Shown: positions 10,999-21,583 of the stretch, piece after piece
How positions within the stretch are numbered: position 1 is the stretch's first letter
How the letters are laid out: each line of letters starts with the position of its first letter
Assembly (NCBI RefSeq): GCF_000025945.1
Contig: NC_006138.1
Location: 3,330,001-3,362,000 of the forward strand
Reading direction: 5' to 3'
DNA length: 32,000 nt
Source: Desulfotalea psychrophila LSv54
Lineage (GTDB): Bacteria > Desulfobacterota > Desulfobulbia > Desulfobulbales > Desulfocapsaceae
Made by a program: the position numbers and the translations under genes
The notes under the pieces: generated by a model
Told to the model about the DNA's origin: nothing
The model's database searches: none
The model's input: only the letters and a program-made list of their open reading frames with translations

Positions 10999-11117
10999 GA
11001 CACCCTTTCGACCACGGCAAACCCTTGACCAAAGAAGGTCCCTTGCTGTATCATTCTTTCTCTTATCAATTTTTTTGAAAGCAGTCTTTGATATTATTAA
11101 ACAAAAAAGGAATAGCC

Positions 11118-12632
11118 ATGACCACCATCAAGAAAAAAGACTTTGTCGATTCTATTGCTGAAAGTTTACAGCATATCTCCTACTACCACCCCCTCGACTT
11201 TGTAAAGGCGATGCACGCAGCCTATCTGCGTGAGGAAAACCCCGCGGCCAAGGACGCCATAGGCCAAATTCTGATCAACTCCAAGATGGCTGCTGTCGGA
11301 AAAAGGCCTATCTGCCAAGATACGGGCATCGTCAATGTCTTCTTAAAGGTTGGAAAAAACTGTCAATTTGACTGCTCAGAAAGCCTGCAAGAACTGGTAG
11401 ATGAGGGGGTACGTCTTGCCTACGGGCATCCAGAAAACCCCCTACGCGCCTCCGTTGTCAAAAGTCCTGCAACCAACCGTCTCAATACCAAGGATAACAG
11501 CCCGGCCATTGTCTATACAGAGATTGTTGAAGGTAACGGGATCGATATAAGTATAGCAGCCAAGGGCGGTGGTTCAGAAAATAAGACCAAATTGGCCATG
11601 CTCAACCCCAACGACTCAATCGTTGACTGGGTCAAGAAAGTTGTCCCCACCATGGGCGCGGGCTGGTGTCCTCCGGGGATAATCAGCCTTGGGGTCGGTG
11701 GTACTGCTGACAAGGCTATGGTCCTTGCCAAGGAGGGACTCATGGCAGCCGTTGATATGCCAGAGATTCTCGCACGCGGACCAAAGGACAAGGTCGAAGA
11801 GTTGCGAGTGGCCCTCTACCATGCCATAAATGATCTGGGCATTGGCGCCCAGGGTCTCGGCGGACTCACCACCGTAGTCGACGTCAAATTAGCAGAATAT
11901 CCGACCCACGCGGCATCTCTGCCCGTGGCCCTTATTCCAAACTGCGCAGCAACCCGTCATACCCACTTTCATCTTGACGGCAGCGGCCCCGCCGAATTTC
12001 CACGTCCTGATATAACCCAGTGGCCGGACATCTCTCTTGCTGCGGGCGACAAGGTTAAACGTGTCCACCTTAACAATATAACCAAGGAAGAGATTGCCAC
12101 CTGGCAAACCGGTGAGACCCTCCTTCTCAACGGTAAAATCCTCACCGGTCGTGATGCCGCCCATAAACGCATCAAGGGACTGCTCGATGCGGGAGAGCCA
12201 CTACCTGCGGGGGTTGATTTCAACGGACGATTTATCTATTACGTAGGCCCCGTTGATCCAGTCGGCACCGAGGTGGTTGGACCCGCCGGCCCCACAACAT
12301 CTACCCGCATGGACAAGTTTACCGACATGATGCTAGAAGAGGCGGGCCTCTTTGGTATGATTGGCAAATCAGAACGTGGCGATGAAACCATTGAGTCCAT
12401 CAAGAAAAACAAAGCTGTCTACCTGATGGCCGTAGGCGGAGCCGCCTACCTTGTCTCCAAGGCAATCAAAAAATCCCGGGTGGTGGCCTTTGCCGATCTC
12501 GGAATGGAGGCCATCTACGAATTTGAGGTGGAGGATATGCCAGTGACCGTGGCCGTCGACGCCCGAGGAGAGGCAATCCACAAAACAGGGCCCACCTTTT
12601 GGCAGGAACATATCAGGCAGATGAAGAGATAG
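11118..12632 (+). CDS. class I (Fe-S) fumarate hydratase, fused alpha/beta
   Basis: MTTIKKKDFVDSIAESLQHISYYHPLDF...CQDTGIVNVFLKVG...GIDISIAAKGGGSENKTK...YYVGPVDPVGTEVVGPAGPTTSTRMDKF. Internal Met 11118 chosen. Confidence 0.93.
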   Translation: MTTIKKKDFVDSIAESLQHISYYHPLDFVKAMHAAYLREENPAAKDAIGQILINSKMAAVGKRPICQDTGIVNVFLKVGKNCQFDCSESLQELVDEGVRLAYGHPENPLRASVVKSPATNRLNTKDNSPAIVYTEIVEGNGIDISIAAKGGGSENKTKLAMLNPNDSIVDWVKKVVPTMGAGWCPPGIISLGVGGTADKAMVLAKEGLMAAVDMPEILARGPKDKVEELRVALYHAINDLGIGAQGLGGLTTVVDVKLAEYPTHAASLPVALIPNCAATRHTHFHLDGSGPAEFPRPDITQWPDISLAAGDKVKRVHLNNITKEEIATWQTGETLLLNGKILTGRDAAHKRIKGLLDAGEPLPAGVDFNGRFIYYVGPVDPVGTEVVGPAGPTTSTRMDKFTDMMLEEAGLFGMIGKSERGDETIESIKKNKAVYLMAVGGAAYLVSKAIKKSRVVAFADLGMEAIYEFEVEDMPVTVAVDARGEAIHKTGPTFWQEHIRQMKR

Positions 12633-12655
12633 GGTAGAATAAAGTTTAACGCTTC

Positions 12656-12680
12656 GGGTAAAGCCATTTCGGCTTTACCC
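12656..12680 (+). terminator. intergenic hairpin after fumarase
   Basis: Perfect 10-bp stem GGGTAAAGCC / GGCTTTACCC, 5-nt loop, extendable with one mismatch region; no strong U-tract, so a hairpin only. Confidence 0.55.
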
Positions 12681-12760
12681 CGAGCACCATCTGCTCTAAA
12701 CAGCTGTGACTACAGCTAACAGCTGTCAGCTATCAGTTAAAAGCAGCAGCAAAAGCAGTT

Positions 12761-12780
12761 AACCACAGAGAGCACAGAGG
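12761..12780. repeat. AACCACAGAGAGCACAGAGG-type intergenic repeat
   Basis: Sequence aaccacagagagcacagagg, preceded by AGCTGTCAGCTATCAG-like tract (12702..12738). Confidence 0.45.
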
Positions 12781-12972
12781 GAAGGATATTTAAACTGCTA
12801 AACAACAACAGGAAAGAGAATAACTAATCTATAACATCCCCTACGAAGCAACTCCTTTTATTTTCATAGTACAAAAAATCCGTGTTCTCGATGCCCATGG
12901 CAAATGCTTTTTCTATCACCTATCGCTTGGTGCTAGAAAGAGTAGCCTGGGCAGGCTACTCCCAACACCCTC

Positions 12973-14247
12973 TTAACGTTTTTGCCGACGAAGAATAGCC
13001 ACCTCTTCAGCCAACTCGGCCAGAGGTGGTTCTGTTTGCAAAAAGAGACGATTACCAGGATTACCCCGACTGATCTCTTCACCCTTTTCATTTGTCATGG
13101 TCCGAACAGTCAGCGGATAGTTTCTATCATCCCGCCCCATATATTCAATCTCATCACCGAGTTCCAGAGGATTACGCAGTTCAACAAGCACATCCTCCTC
13201 CACCCGACGGACAACGGCAACGGGTTCCCACTCCTGATCAAGACGGGTATGATTATAAAGCATTTCAGCACTGCCCGGCCTATCAATGATAAAATTTTCC
13301 GTCTGCCCCCGGGTACCGGTACGTGCTATCTCCATAAGGAGATGCTCCGGCAGACGTATCTCTTCGGGATCGGCCCAGGCTTCAGCAGGTAGGGTCGCCA
13401 GATAATCGAGGGCAGCCCGGTAGATGCGAACAACCCCCCCCACATAAAAAATTGACTTCATCCGCCCCTCTATCTTGAGGGAATCCACCCCCGCCGCCAC
13501 CAGCTGAGGCAGTTTTTCCAGCAGACAGAGATCCTTGGAGTTAAAGATATAGGTGCCACGCTCATCCTCTTCCACCGGAAAAAATTCACCAGGTCGTTTT
13601 TCCTCTACAAGTGAATAGCTGTAGCGACAGGGATGGGCACAGCTTCCCTGATTGGCATCACGACCGGTCAAATAATTGGAGAGCATACAACGACCGGAAT
13701 AGGAAATACAGAGGGCCCCGTGGACAAACACCTCAAGCTCGCCCCTATTTTCCTCCCGTATCTCGGTGATCTCCTTAAGAGAGAGTTCACGAGCCAGATT
13801 GAGGCGGGAGGCTCCCTGCTCAAACCAGAAGGCTGCAGAACCTGAGTTGGTCACATTAGCCTGGGTGGAGAGATGAATGGGCAGGGAGGGGACAACTGCC
13901 TGGGCCCGCCTTAAAATACCAGGGTCTGAAATAATCAAACCATCAACGCCCAGTTTCTCCAGGCCCAACAAGTACTCGTCCAGTTCAGAAAAATCTCTGT
14001 TGTGGGCAATTATATTTGCGGTGATATAGACCTTCACCCCATGCCGATGGGCATAGTCAAGTCCTGCCTGCATGGCATTTTCACTAAAATTACCGGCCTT
14101 GGCCCGTAGACTAAAGTCCTTGCCACCAAGATAAATGGCGTCGGCACCATAATGTACGGCTGTCACTAATTTTTCATAGTTACCCGCGGGGACAAGAAGT
14201 TCCGGAATGGCAGGACAAACGGCTTTATGACTTTTATTTTCATTCAT
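12973..14247 (-). CDS. peptidase U32 family protein (TrhP/YegQ-like, probable tRNA hydroxylation)
   Basis: 424 aa; ELLVPAGNYEKLVTAVHYGADAIYLGGKDFSLRAKAGNFS, FVHGALCISYSGRCMLSNYLTGRDANQGSCAHPCRY, SLKIEGRMKS motifs. Confidence 0.9.
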   Translation of the reverse strand: MNENKSHKAVCPAIPELLVPAGNYEKLVTAVHYGADAIYLGGKDFSLRAKAGNFSENAMQAGLDYAHRHGVKVYITANIIAHNRDFSELDEYLLGLEKLGVDGLIISDPGILRRAQAVVPSLPIHLSTQANVTNSGSAAFWFEQGASRLNLARELSLKEITEIREENRGELEVFVHGALCISYSGRCMLSNYLTGRDANQGSCAHPCRYSYSLVEEKRPGEFFPVEEDERGTYIFNSKDLCLLEKLPQLVAAGVDSLKIEGRMKSIFYVGGVVRIYRAALDYLATLPAEAWADPEEIRLPEHLLMEIARTGTRGQTENFIIDRPGSAEMLYNHTRLDQEWEPVAVVRRVEEDVLVELRNPLELGDEIEYMGRDDRNYPLTVRTMTNEKGEEISRGNPGNRLFLQTEPPLAELAEEVAILRRQKR

Positions 14248-14546
14248 GGTGCATTATCTTTTTTTATGTTTACTTTTTAAAAGAATTTTAACTATAGATG
14301 CTAGTATCTTTTTTTTGAGGCAACAGGGCAATTAACCTACAAAAGAGCAAAAAGGCAAGAATCTCTTCTCGCGCCAAGAAATATTTTGGCCCCGTTTAGG
14401 CAACATTCTCCTGCGACAAGACCCAGCCACCTCCTTGTCAAGTGACCAAGAGCTCTAGCAAAACTGCTTTTTACCATGGGCGACTTGAGACATTACAATA
14501 TTCAAGATTCCCTTATACAAAACAAACACCTTTTTGACACTCTCTC

Positions 14547-15581
14547 ATGATTAAAAATATTACTGGTATTGCCATGAGCGGTGGCGTTGATTCCACAGCT
14601 ACCGCCATCCTGCAAAAACAAAAGGGCCCGGTCCTTGGCTTTTTCATGAAACTTAACCAACCCGACTACGAAACACAGAGGGACAGGGTTTCACAAATTG
14701 CTCAAAAGCTAGATATCAAACTAGAGATTATTGATCTGACAGAAGAGTTTCAAGAGTATGTGCTTAAATACTTCTCTGCCAGCTATTTTAAGGGACTCAC
14801 CCCCAATCCCTGCATCATCTGCAATAAAGAAATAAAATTTGGTCTTTTCCAGCAGGCCATCCTCAGGCAAGGTGTAGAGAGAATAGCCACGGGCCACTAT
14901 GCCCAAATACACAAAACAGCAGCGGGCTATCAATTACATAAGGGTGTAGATCCCCATAAGGATCAGTCCTACTTTCTCTCCCGCCTCAGCCAGGAACAAC
15001 TCGCCCACAGCATATTTCCCTTGGGCGGAATGCATAAGGGTGCTATCTACGATCTGGTGGAGGCACATGGCTTTCACGATTTCAGAGGCACAGAGAGCCA
15101 GGATGTCTGTTTTTTAGAGCAGGACAATGTCGTCGATTTCCTTGAACAGACAGCGGAATTTTCCGCCTCATCGGGAAACATCGTCATGAACGATGGCAAG
15201 ATACTGGGCAAGCATAAAGGTCTACACCGATACACAGTGGGACAGCGTCGAGGCCTTGGCATATCCTATCCGGTTCCCCTCTATGTCATCAACCTCGATG
15301 TCAAAAACAACAATGTCATCGTTGGAGAAAACGAGCAACTCTTTCACAAAACAATGGCAATCTCCGATATCCACTGGATTAGCCAACCAGAGCGTGAAGA
15401 CCTGCTCCATGCCAGCGTCCATATCCGCTCCACCCATAAAGGCGCCCAGGCCTCGGTAATATTAAAAGAGAACAACCGAGCCAGCGTTATTTTTGATGAG
15501 CCACAAAGGGCTATCACCCCCGGCCAATTTGCCACAATCTACAAAGACACCCAGGTCCTTGGCTCTGGGGTTATTCTCTAG
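14547..15581 (+). CDS. mnmA: tRNA 2-thiouridine(34) synthase MnmA
   Basis: 344 aa; AMSGGVDSTATA, TPNPCIICNKEIKFG, ATGHYAQ, KDQSYFLSRL, YTVGQRRGLGI motifs. Confidence 0.95.
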   Translation: MIKNITGIAMSGGVDSTATAILQKQKGPVLGFFMKLNQPDYETQRDRVSQIAQKLDIKLEIIDLTEEFQEYVLKYFSASYFKGLTPNPCIICNKEIKFGLFQQAILRQGVERIATGHYAQIHKTAAGYQLHKGVDPHKDQSYFLSRLSQEQLAHSIFPLGGMHKGAIYDLVEAHGFHDFRGTESQDVCFLEQDNVVDFLEQTAEFSASSGNIVMNDGKILGKHKGLHRYTVGQRRGLGISYPVPLYVINLDVKNNNVIVGENEQLFHKTMAISDIHWISQPEREDLLHASVHIRSTHKGAQASVILKENNRASVIFDEPQRAITPGQFATIYKDTQVLGSGVIL

Positions 15582-15601
15582 TTACAGACAAAGAATATTT
15601 C

Positions 15602-16906
15602 ATGAAAAGAATATCTATCACCACCCTTGGTTGCAAGGTTAACCAATTTGAATCCGCCTCCTTTTCCGACAATTTATCCCAGACAGGGTACAAAATTGTC
15701 GGCCACAATGAAGAGGCCGACTATATTATCATTAACACCTGCACAGTAACCGCGGCCGCAAGCGCGCAATCACGCCATAGCATCCGCCACGCCCTCCGCC
15801 TCAGCCCCACCGCAAAAATCATTATCACCGGCTGCTATGTAGAGATTGGAGCAGAGGAGATCCAAGCCATCGAAGAGCTCCGGGGGCGTGAATACCATAT
15901 TATCGGTAACAGTTGCAAAGACCAAGTGGTCGACACCATCAGGAGCACGGGAGCCGAGCAGCTGATCCTGGGAGATATCCGCAAGGCAAAAGAGATCTGT
16001 CGCCTGCCCGTGCGCCACTTTGGTGATCGTACCCGCACCTACCTCCGTATCCAGGATGGTTGCCAGAGCTTTTGCACCTATTGCATAGTCCCATTCACCC
16101 GTGGCCCCAGCAGAAGTCTGCCCTTGGATGAGGTGATTGCCCAGACAAGGGCCTTTGCCGAGGAGGGCTATCAGGAGACGGTACTCACCGGCATCCACAT
16201 TGGCGAATGGGGACATGACTTGAAAGGAGGAGAGACCTTTACCGACCTACTTGACCGTCTCTCTGCGGAAGTTCCCCAGATGCGTTTTCGTATCAGCTCC
16301 TTAGAGCCCACTGAAATAAATGCCAGAATCCTTGAGCTCATCAAGACCCGTGCCAACATTTTTCCCCATCTTCATATCCCCCTGCAGAGCGGCAGTGATC
16401 AGATTCTCGCCCGGATGAACAGACATTATGACACCGCTCGTTTTGCGGGAATCATCGAGGCCTGCCACCAGGCAATCCCCAACCTCTGCATAGGCATTGA
16501 TGTACTTGCCGGATTCCCCGGAGAGAGCGAAGAGCATTTTGCCAGTGCCTACTCTTTTCTCCAAAAACTTGATTTCACCTATCTGCATGTTTTTCCTTAC
16601 TCTATTAGACCTGGAACCAAGGCTGCAGAGTTTACAGATCAGGTTGCAAGTGATATAAAGGCTATAAGGGTTAAAAAATTACGAGCACTCAGTGACACAA
16701 AGAAGTCCGCCTTCTACCAAAAGCAGATAGGAAAAACCCTACCCGTGCAGGTGGAGGGAAAAAGAGCTAAGGACGGTTTACTGCGTGGTTATACTGACAA
16801 CTACACCCTGGTCCACTTTGCAGGAGCCGATGATCTGGTACGCTCAAGCGTAGACATTACTCTCTTGGAAAACAGAGATGAATACGTATACGGTAAACTC
16901 GTCTAA
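15602..16906 (+). CDS. mtaB: tRNA (t6A37)-methylthiotransferase MtaB
   Basis: 434 aa; TLGCKVNQFES, radical SAM CQSFCTYCIVPFTRGPSRS, DVLAGFPGESEEHF, VFPYSIRPGTKA. Confidence 0.93.
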   Translation: MKRISITTLGCKVNQFESASFSDNLSQTGYKIVGHNEEADYIIINTCTVTAAASAQSRHSIRHALRLSPTAKIIITGCYVEIGAEEIQAIEELRGREYHIIGNSCKDQVVDTIRSTGAEQLILGDIRKAKEICRLPVRHFGDRTRTYLRIQDGCQSFCTYCIVPFTRGPSRSLPLDEVIAQTRAFAEEGYQETVLTGIHIGEWGHDLKGGETFTDLLDRLSAEVPQMRFRISSLEPTEINARILELIKTRANIFPHLHIPLQSGSDQILARMNRHYDTARFAGIIEACHQAIPNLCIGIDVLAGFPGESEEHFASAYSFLQKLDFTYLHVFPYSIRPGTKAAEFTDQVASDIKAIRVKKLRALSDTKKSAFYQKQIGKTLPVQVEGKRAKDGLLRGYTDNYTLVHFAGADDLVRSSVDITLLENRDEYVYGKLV

Positions 16907-16949
16907 GGGTGTCAATGCTACTTCTTAAGGCCAGGGATGGAGGGATATT

Positions 16950-18191
16950 ATGGATATTGAGATAATTGCAATAGGTGATGAACTCACCTCCGGAAGAATA
17001 CTCAATACCACCTCAAGTTTTGCAGCTAAGCAACTCTTTGAGGCAGGTTATGAAATCTATGGAATGAGCACCATTGGTGACACGCCCGAGGTGATAGGGG
17101 AGGCCCTTAAACGCTCCATTGAAAGGGTTGATGCTGTCCTCGTTACCGGAGGTCTTGGCAGTACCGATGACGATCTGACCAACGAGGCAGTTTCCCGGGC
17201 CTTTGGTCTGCCCACCCTGCCAAACCTGGAGATACTCTCCATCGTCCGAGCCCATTTTGCCCAAATCACCGATGCGCCCGTAGGCCAACTGGAAAAACTG
17301 GCCTGGCTCCCCGAGGGCGCTGAGGTCTTTGATCCACAATCCGGGATGGCCGGATATCAGCTCATCTACGAAGATAAGCCGATTTTCTTCCTGCCCGGTG
17401 TCCCCCATCAGATGAAAGCCCTGATGGTGGAACATGTTCTTCCCCGTCTTGCCACCTGGCACACACACCGCCATGTTTCCACCTTTCAGCGAGTGTTTAG
17501 AATCTTCAACCTCCCTGAAAATGAAGTAAACACCCGGGTGTCCCGCCTCAAGCTGACAAATGATGTCCATATTGGTTACTATCCCGTATTCCCTGAAGTT
17601 CACCTCAGCCTACTTATACGGGACACTAACCCCAAAACAGCCAAGAGGCTCTTTGACTCCTCCTGCCGGGCCATCAAAACTGCTCTGGGAGACCATATCT
17701 ACGGATATGACCGTGACACCATGTCCCAGATTGTCGGACAGGCCCTGGTGAAGAGGGGCATGACTCTGGCTGTAGCAGAATCCTGCACCGGTGGCCTCAT
17801 AGCACAAAAATTAACCGACATGCCCGGCAGCTCCAGGTATTTTCTTGGCGGGGTTACCTCCTACCATAACAGCATGAAAACGGCATTTCTCGATGTACCA
17901 GAGAGACTGATTGAAAAAGAGGGGGCAGTGAGCCCTGAAGTGGCCGAGGCCATGGCCTATGGCATACTGGAAAAGACAGGTGCAGATGTCACCCTCTCCG
18001 TTACAGGTATCGCAGGACCTGGAGGAGGAACCCTGGAAAAACCGGTGGGCACCGTCTATATTGCAGCCAGCACCCCCCACGGCGACTGGGTAAATGCCTT
18101 TCAATTTAAGGGCAGCCGCGAACAGATACGTGAACTCAGCGCCCAGCATAGTCTGGATATTCTACGCAGATACCTCCTCCAAGACATCTAA
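16950..18191 (+). CDS. cinA: CinA family nicotinamide-nucleotide amidohydrolase / competence-damage protein
   Basis: 413 aa; IEIIAIGDELTSGRILNTTS, TGGLGSTDDDLT, C-terminal ESCTGGLIAQKLTDMPGSSRYFLGG and SVTGIAGPGGG. Confidence 0.94.
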   Translation: MDIEIIAIGDELTSGRILNTTSSFAAKQLFEAGYEIYGMSTIGDTPEVIGEALKRSIERVDAVLVTGGLGSTDDDLTNEAVSRAFGLPTLPNLEILSIVRAHFAQITDAPVGQLEKLAWLPEGAEVFDPQSGMAGYQLIYEDKPIFFLPGVPHQMKALMVEHVLPRLATWHTHRHVSTFQRVFRIFNLPENEVNTRVSRLKLTNDVHIGYYPVFPEVHLSLLIRDTNPKTAKRLFDSSCRAIKTALGDHIYGYDRDTMSQIVGQALVKRGMTLAVAESCTGGLIAQKLTDMPGSSRYFLGGVTSYHNSMKTAFLDVPERLIEKEGAVSPEVAEAMAYGILEKTGADVTLSVTGIAGPGGGTLEKPVGTVYIAASTPHGDWVNAFQFKGSREQIRELSAQHSLDILRRYLLQDI

Positions 18192-18214
18192 CAGCCTCGC
18201 TTCTCTGCAAAGAG

Positions 18215-18263
18215 AATTACCGTGGCCCGCAGCCAAGGGCAAGAGGACCACGGTAATTTTTTT
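18215..18263 (+). terminator. Rho-independent terminator downstream of cinA
   Basis: AATTACCGTGG ... CCACGGTAATT stem (18215..18225 / 18248..18258) followed by T-run. Confidence 0.75.
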
Positions 18264-18437
18264 CTCCCCCGTCAAGACCCAGCTCTTTTCCCAAAAACAT
18301 CCCACAACCATTGTCACCGCATAAGGAGAGGCTCCTGTTTTTGCCCCGACCATTATGATATAAATGAGCATGGTACAGTAAAAATATCTCTCCTTTCCCA
18401 CAATCCATAATCAAAGACAGATGAACGGGAGGCAAAT

Positions 18438-19505
18438 ATGGTAGGTGCAACAGCAAAAGACAAAGCAGGCAGCGTTGAGAATGCAATCAGCCAGATCCAG
18501 AAACAATTTGGTAAGGGCTCCATCATGCGCCTGGGTGAGCAGGCACTGGAGGCAATCCCTGTCATCTCCACGGGCGCTCTCAGCCTCGACATTGCCCTCG
18601 GGGTCGGCGGTCTGCCCAAGGGCAGAATGACAGAGATATATGGCCCCGAATCATCGGGGAAAACCACCCTGGCCCTCCATGTAGTTGCCGAGGCACAAAA
18701 ATTAGGTGGAATAGCCGCCTTCATCGATGCAGAGCATGCCCTTGATACCGCCTACGCAGAAAAACTCGGCGTAAATATTGACAATCTCCTGGTTTCTCAA
18801 CCGGATTTCGGTGAGCAGGCCCTGGAAATTGCAGAGATACTCATTAGATCAGGCGGGGTTGACATCATCGTCGTCGACTCCGTTGCCGCCCTTACTCCCA
18901 AGGCTGAAATAGACGGTAATGTTGGAGATGTCCACGTTGGCCTTCAGGCTCGCCTTATGTCGCAGGCCATGCGGAAATTTGCCGGGGTCCTCAACCGGAG
19001 CAACACCGTTTTAATTTTTATCAATCAAATCCGAATGAAAATCGGAGTGATGTTTGGTAGTCCTGAAACCACAACAGGCGGCAACGCCCTCAAATTTTAC
19101 TGTTCAGAGCGTCTTGATATTCGCCGGATAGGTGCCATTAAAGACGGACAGGAAATTACCGGTAACCGAACCAGGGTAAAGGTCGTCAAAAATAAAGTTG
19201 CCCCACCCTTTAAGATTGCTGAGTTTGACATTATCTACGGCGAAGGCATATCTAAAATTGGCGACATGTTTGACCTTGCCGTTGGCCTGGATATTATTGA
19301 CAAAAGCGGATCCTGGTATTCCTATAAAAATGAACGTATAGGTCAGGGACGAGAGAATTCAAAACAATTCCTTATGGACACACCTGCCATCTGTCATGAA
19401 ATAGAGGAGAAGGTTCGATCTGCCTACGGACTTCCGGACCGGGAAGAGACCAAAAGAGAGGAGACGGCACAGATACCTGACACAGAGAAAACAAAGGACG
19501 TATGA
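18438..19505 (+). CDS. recA: recombinase RecA
   Basis: 355 aa; [65 protein letters not shown]. Confidence 0.98.
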   Translation: MVGATAKDKAGSVENAISQIQKQFGKGSIMRLGEQALEAIPVISTGALSLDIALGVGGLPKGRMTEIYGPESSGKTTLALHVVAEAQKLGGIAAFIDAEHALDTAYAEKLGVNIDNLLVSQPDFGEQALEIAEILIRSGGVDIIVVDSVAALTPKAEIDGNVGDVHVGLQARLMSQAMRKFAGVLNRSNTVLIFINQIRMKIGVMFGSPETTTGGNALKFYCSERLDIRRIGAIKDGQEITGNRTRVKVVKNKVAPPFKIAEFDIIYGEGISKIGDMFDLAVGLDIIDKSGSWYSYKNERIGQGRENSKQFLMDTPAICHEIEEKVRSAYGLPDREETKREETAQIPDTEKTKDV

Positions 19506-19530
19506 TCCCGCAACATCCAGCATAAAAGCA

Positions 19531-19570
19531 GAGAACAGGCCAAAAGTAAAAGGCCTGTTCTCTACCTTTT
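19531..19570 (+). terminator. Rho-independent terminator downstream of recA
   Basis: GAGAACAGGCC (19531..19541) / GGCCTGTTCTC (19552..19562), followed by tacctttt. Confidence 0.75.
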
Positions 19571-19689
19571 CACCCTTCCCCCTATAATATACAAATATCC
19601 TCACTTTTTTATTAATTATACTGTATAGAAATGGAGAATATACCTAAGACCACTGGCGGGGTCACAGCGGACAAAACAGAACAAAATTC

Positions 19690-19718
19690 TTGACATATAG
19701 CATTTTCACGAATATACT
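19690..19718 (+). promoter_or_regulatory. sigma70-type promoter upstream of the Lrp/AsnC gene
   Basis: TTGACA (19690..19695), 17-nt spacer, TATACT (19713..19718), 24 nt before the CDS start at 19743. Confidence 0.65.
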
Positions 19719-19742
19719 CTTCAAAAATTACAGGAGAAGCGA

Positions 19743-20195
19743 ATGATAGATCAAAAAAGTTTACGTATCCTAAAAATACTTCAAGAAAAAGCACGTATCC
19801 CCAACGCCGAGGTCTCTCGTCAAGTAGGACTTGCCCCCTCCGCTGTTCTTGAAAGAATCAGAAAGATGGAAAATCAGGGTATCATAGACGGTTACGAAGT
19901 ACGTCTGAACCCCGAACGTTTTAACAGAAAGCAGGTTGCCTTTATTGAAGTTACCCCAAAACCGGATGCCTATATTCCAGATCTGGGTGAAAAACTTGCG
20001 GCAATCGCAGATGTACTTGAAGTTCACTATGTGGCCAATGGTGACGGCTTCCTGCTCAAGGTACGTACAGCCGATACCCTCTCCCTTGGTAATCTCCTCC
20101 AACAGAAGATTAACACCATGAAAGAGGTTCAGAGCACCAAGACCACAACAGTCCTCTCCACTACCAAAGAAACCAGCAGAATAACTATAGAATAA
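19743..20195 (+). CDS. Lrp/AsnC family transcriptional regulator
   Basis: 150 aa; MIDQKSLRILKILQEKARIPNAEVSRQVGLAPSAVLERIRKMENQGIIDGYEVRL HTH plus RAM-like domain. Confidence 0.93.
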   Translation: MIDQKSLRILKILQEKARIPNAEVSRQVGLAPSAVLERIRKMENQGIIDGYEVRLNPERFNRKQVAFIEVTPKPDAYIPDLGEKLAAIADVLEVHYVANGDGFLLKVRTADTLSLGNLLQQKINTMKEVQSTKTTTVLSTTKETSRITIE

Positions 20196-20261
20196 AGGGA
20201 AGCTTGAAAAATCCTAATTTTTCAACTGCCCCTGAGCCCGTTAAAGAAGGAAAAAGAGAAA

Positions 20262-21521
20262 ATGCCTATTTCAACCGATTTCAAAGAGCGCGTTTACCCG
20301 CATCTTCGTCAGATTGCCGACCACTACCACACACCTTTTCATATCTATGATGAGGCAGGAATTAAACAAACTGGCACTCGGTTAAAACAGGCCTTTTCCG
20401 GAATTGATGGTTTTCGAGAATATTTTGCAGTAAAGGCCCTGCCCAATCCTGCTATCATGAAAATCATGCAGGAAATGGGTTTTGGCTTTGACTGTAGCTC
20501 AGTTGCTGAACTGATATTAAGCCGAAAGCTTGGTGCGAAAGGGGATGAGATCATGTTCACCTCAAACAACACCAGTCCGGAGGAGTTTATTGCAGCCGCA
20601 GAAGATGGTGGCTGCATTCTCAACCTTGACGACATCAGCCTTATCGCCAAGGTGCCGAAGATGCCGGAGACAATTTGCTTTCGCTACAACCCCGGAGAAC
20701 GCAGAACCGGCAATGACATTATCGGCACTCCCGTGGAGGCCAAATACGGCGTAAGTCACGAGCAAATTATCGAGGCCTATCGCCTGGCAAAGAAGGCAGG
20801 CGCAAAGAGATTTGGGCTGCACACCATGCTCGCCTCCAACGAGTTGAACTACAGCTACATGGTGCAAACAGCTCAGATGCTATTGGCTCTTGTTGAAAAA
20901 ATTTCAGCGGAACTCGACATAAAATTTGATTTTATCAATATCGGTGGCGGCCTTGGTATCCCCTATCAGCCAGAACAGAATGAGCTTGACCTTGAAAGCA
21001 TGGCAAGAGAAATCACTGCCATCTTTGACCTATTCAAAGAAAAAAACGATTACTGCCCAGCTCTCTATATGGAAAGCGGTCGTTTTATAACAGGTCCCCA
21101 CGGTATTCTTGTTACCTCTGTAATTAACAAAAAAGAAATTTACCGGGATTATGTGGGCGTTGACGCCTGCATGAACGCCCTGATGCGCCCCGCCCTCTAC
21201 GGCTCATACCATCATATAGAGGTACTTGGCAAAGAGACAGGAGCCACGACAAAGAAGGTGGATGTTGCCGGTTCTCTCTGCGAAAACAACGACAAATTTG
21301 CCATTCAGCGAGATCTGCCTATCTGTGAAAACGGTGACCTGCTTATCATTCAGGATACAGGTGCCCACGGACATGCCATGGGTTTCAACTATAATGGCAA
21401 AATGCGTCCCCAGGAACTCCTCTTTGACAGCGAGGGCAACACAGCCCTTATTCGTCGCGAAGAACGCCTCAGTGATTATTTTGCCACCCTTGAATTTGCA
21501 GAAGACAAATTAACTCTGTAA
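20262..21521 (+). CDS. lysA: diaminopimelate decarboxylase-family enzyme
   Basis: 419 aa; fold III PLP decarboxylase: PFHIYDEAGI, YFAVKALPNPAIMKIM, NIGGGLGIPY, ESGRFITGPHG, GSLCENNDKFA, DTGAHGHAMGFNYNG. Confidence 0.85.
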   Translation: MPISTDFKERVYPHLRQIADHYHTPFHIYDEAGIKQTGTRLKQAFSGIDGFREYFAVKALPNPAIMKIMQEMGFGFDCSSVAELILSRKLGAKGDEIMFTSNNTSPEEFIAAAEDGGCILNLDDISLIAKVPKMPETICFRYNPGERRTGNDIIGTPVEAKYGVSHEQIIEAYRLAKKAGAKRFGLHTMLASNELNYSYMVQTAQMLLALVEKISAELDIKFDFINIGGGLGIPYQPEQNELDLESMAREITAIFDLFKEKNDYCPALYMESGRFITGPHGILVTSVINKKEIYRDYVGVDACMNALMRPALYGSYHHIEVLGKETGATTKKVDVAGSLCENNDKFAIQRDLPICENGDLLIIQDTGAHGHAMGFNYNGKMRPQELLFDSEGNTALIRREERLSDYFATLEFAEDKLTL

Positions 21522-21545
21522 GTCCCTGCCCCTGCTAAAAGCAGC

Positions 21546-21583
21546 AAAAAGGTCATCTTCTGAAAAAGGAGATGACCTTTTTT
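21546..21583 (+). terminator. Rho-independent terminator downstream of lysA
   Basis: AAAAAGGTCATC (21546..21557) / GATGACCTTTTTTT (21571..21584). Confidence 0.85.

Noticed and set aside
17013-17603. 196-aa minus-strand ORF
   Set aside because: Antisense shadow of cinA.
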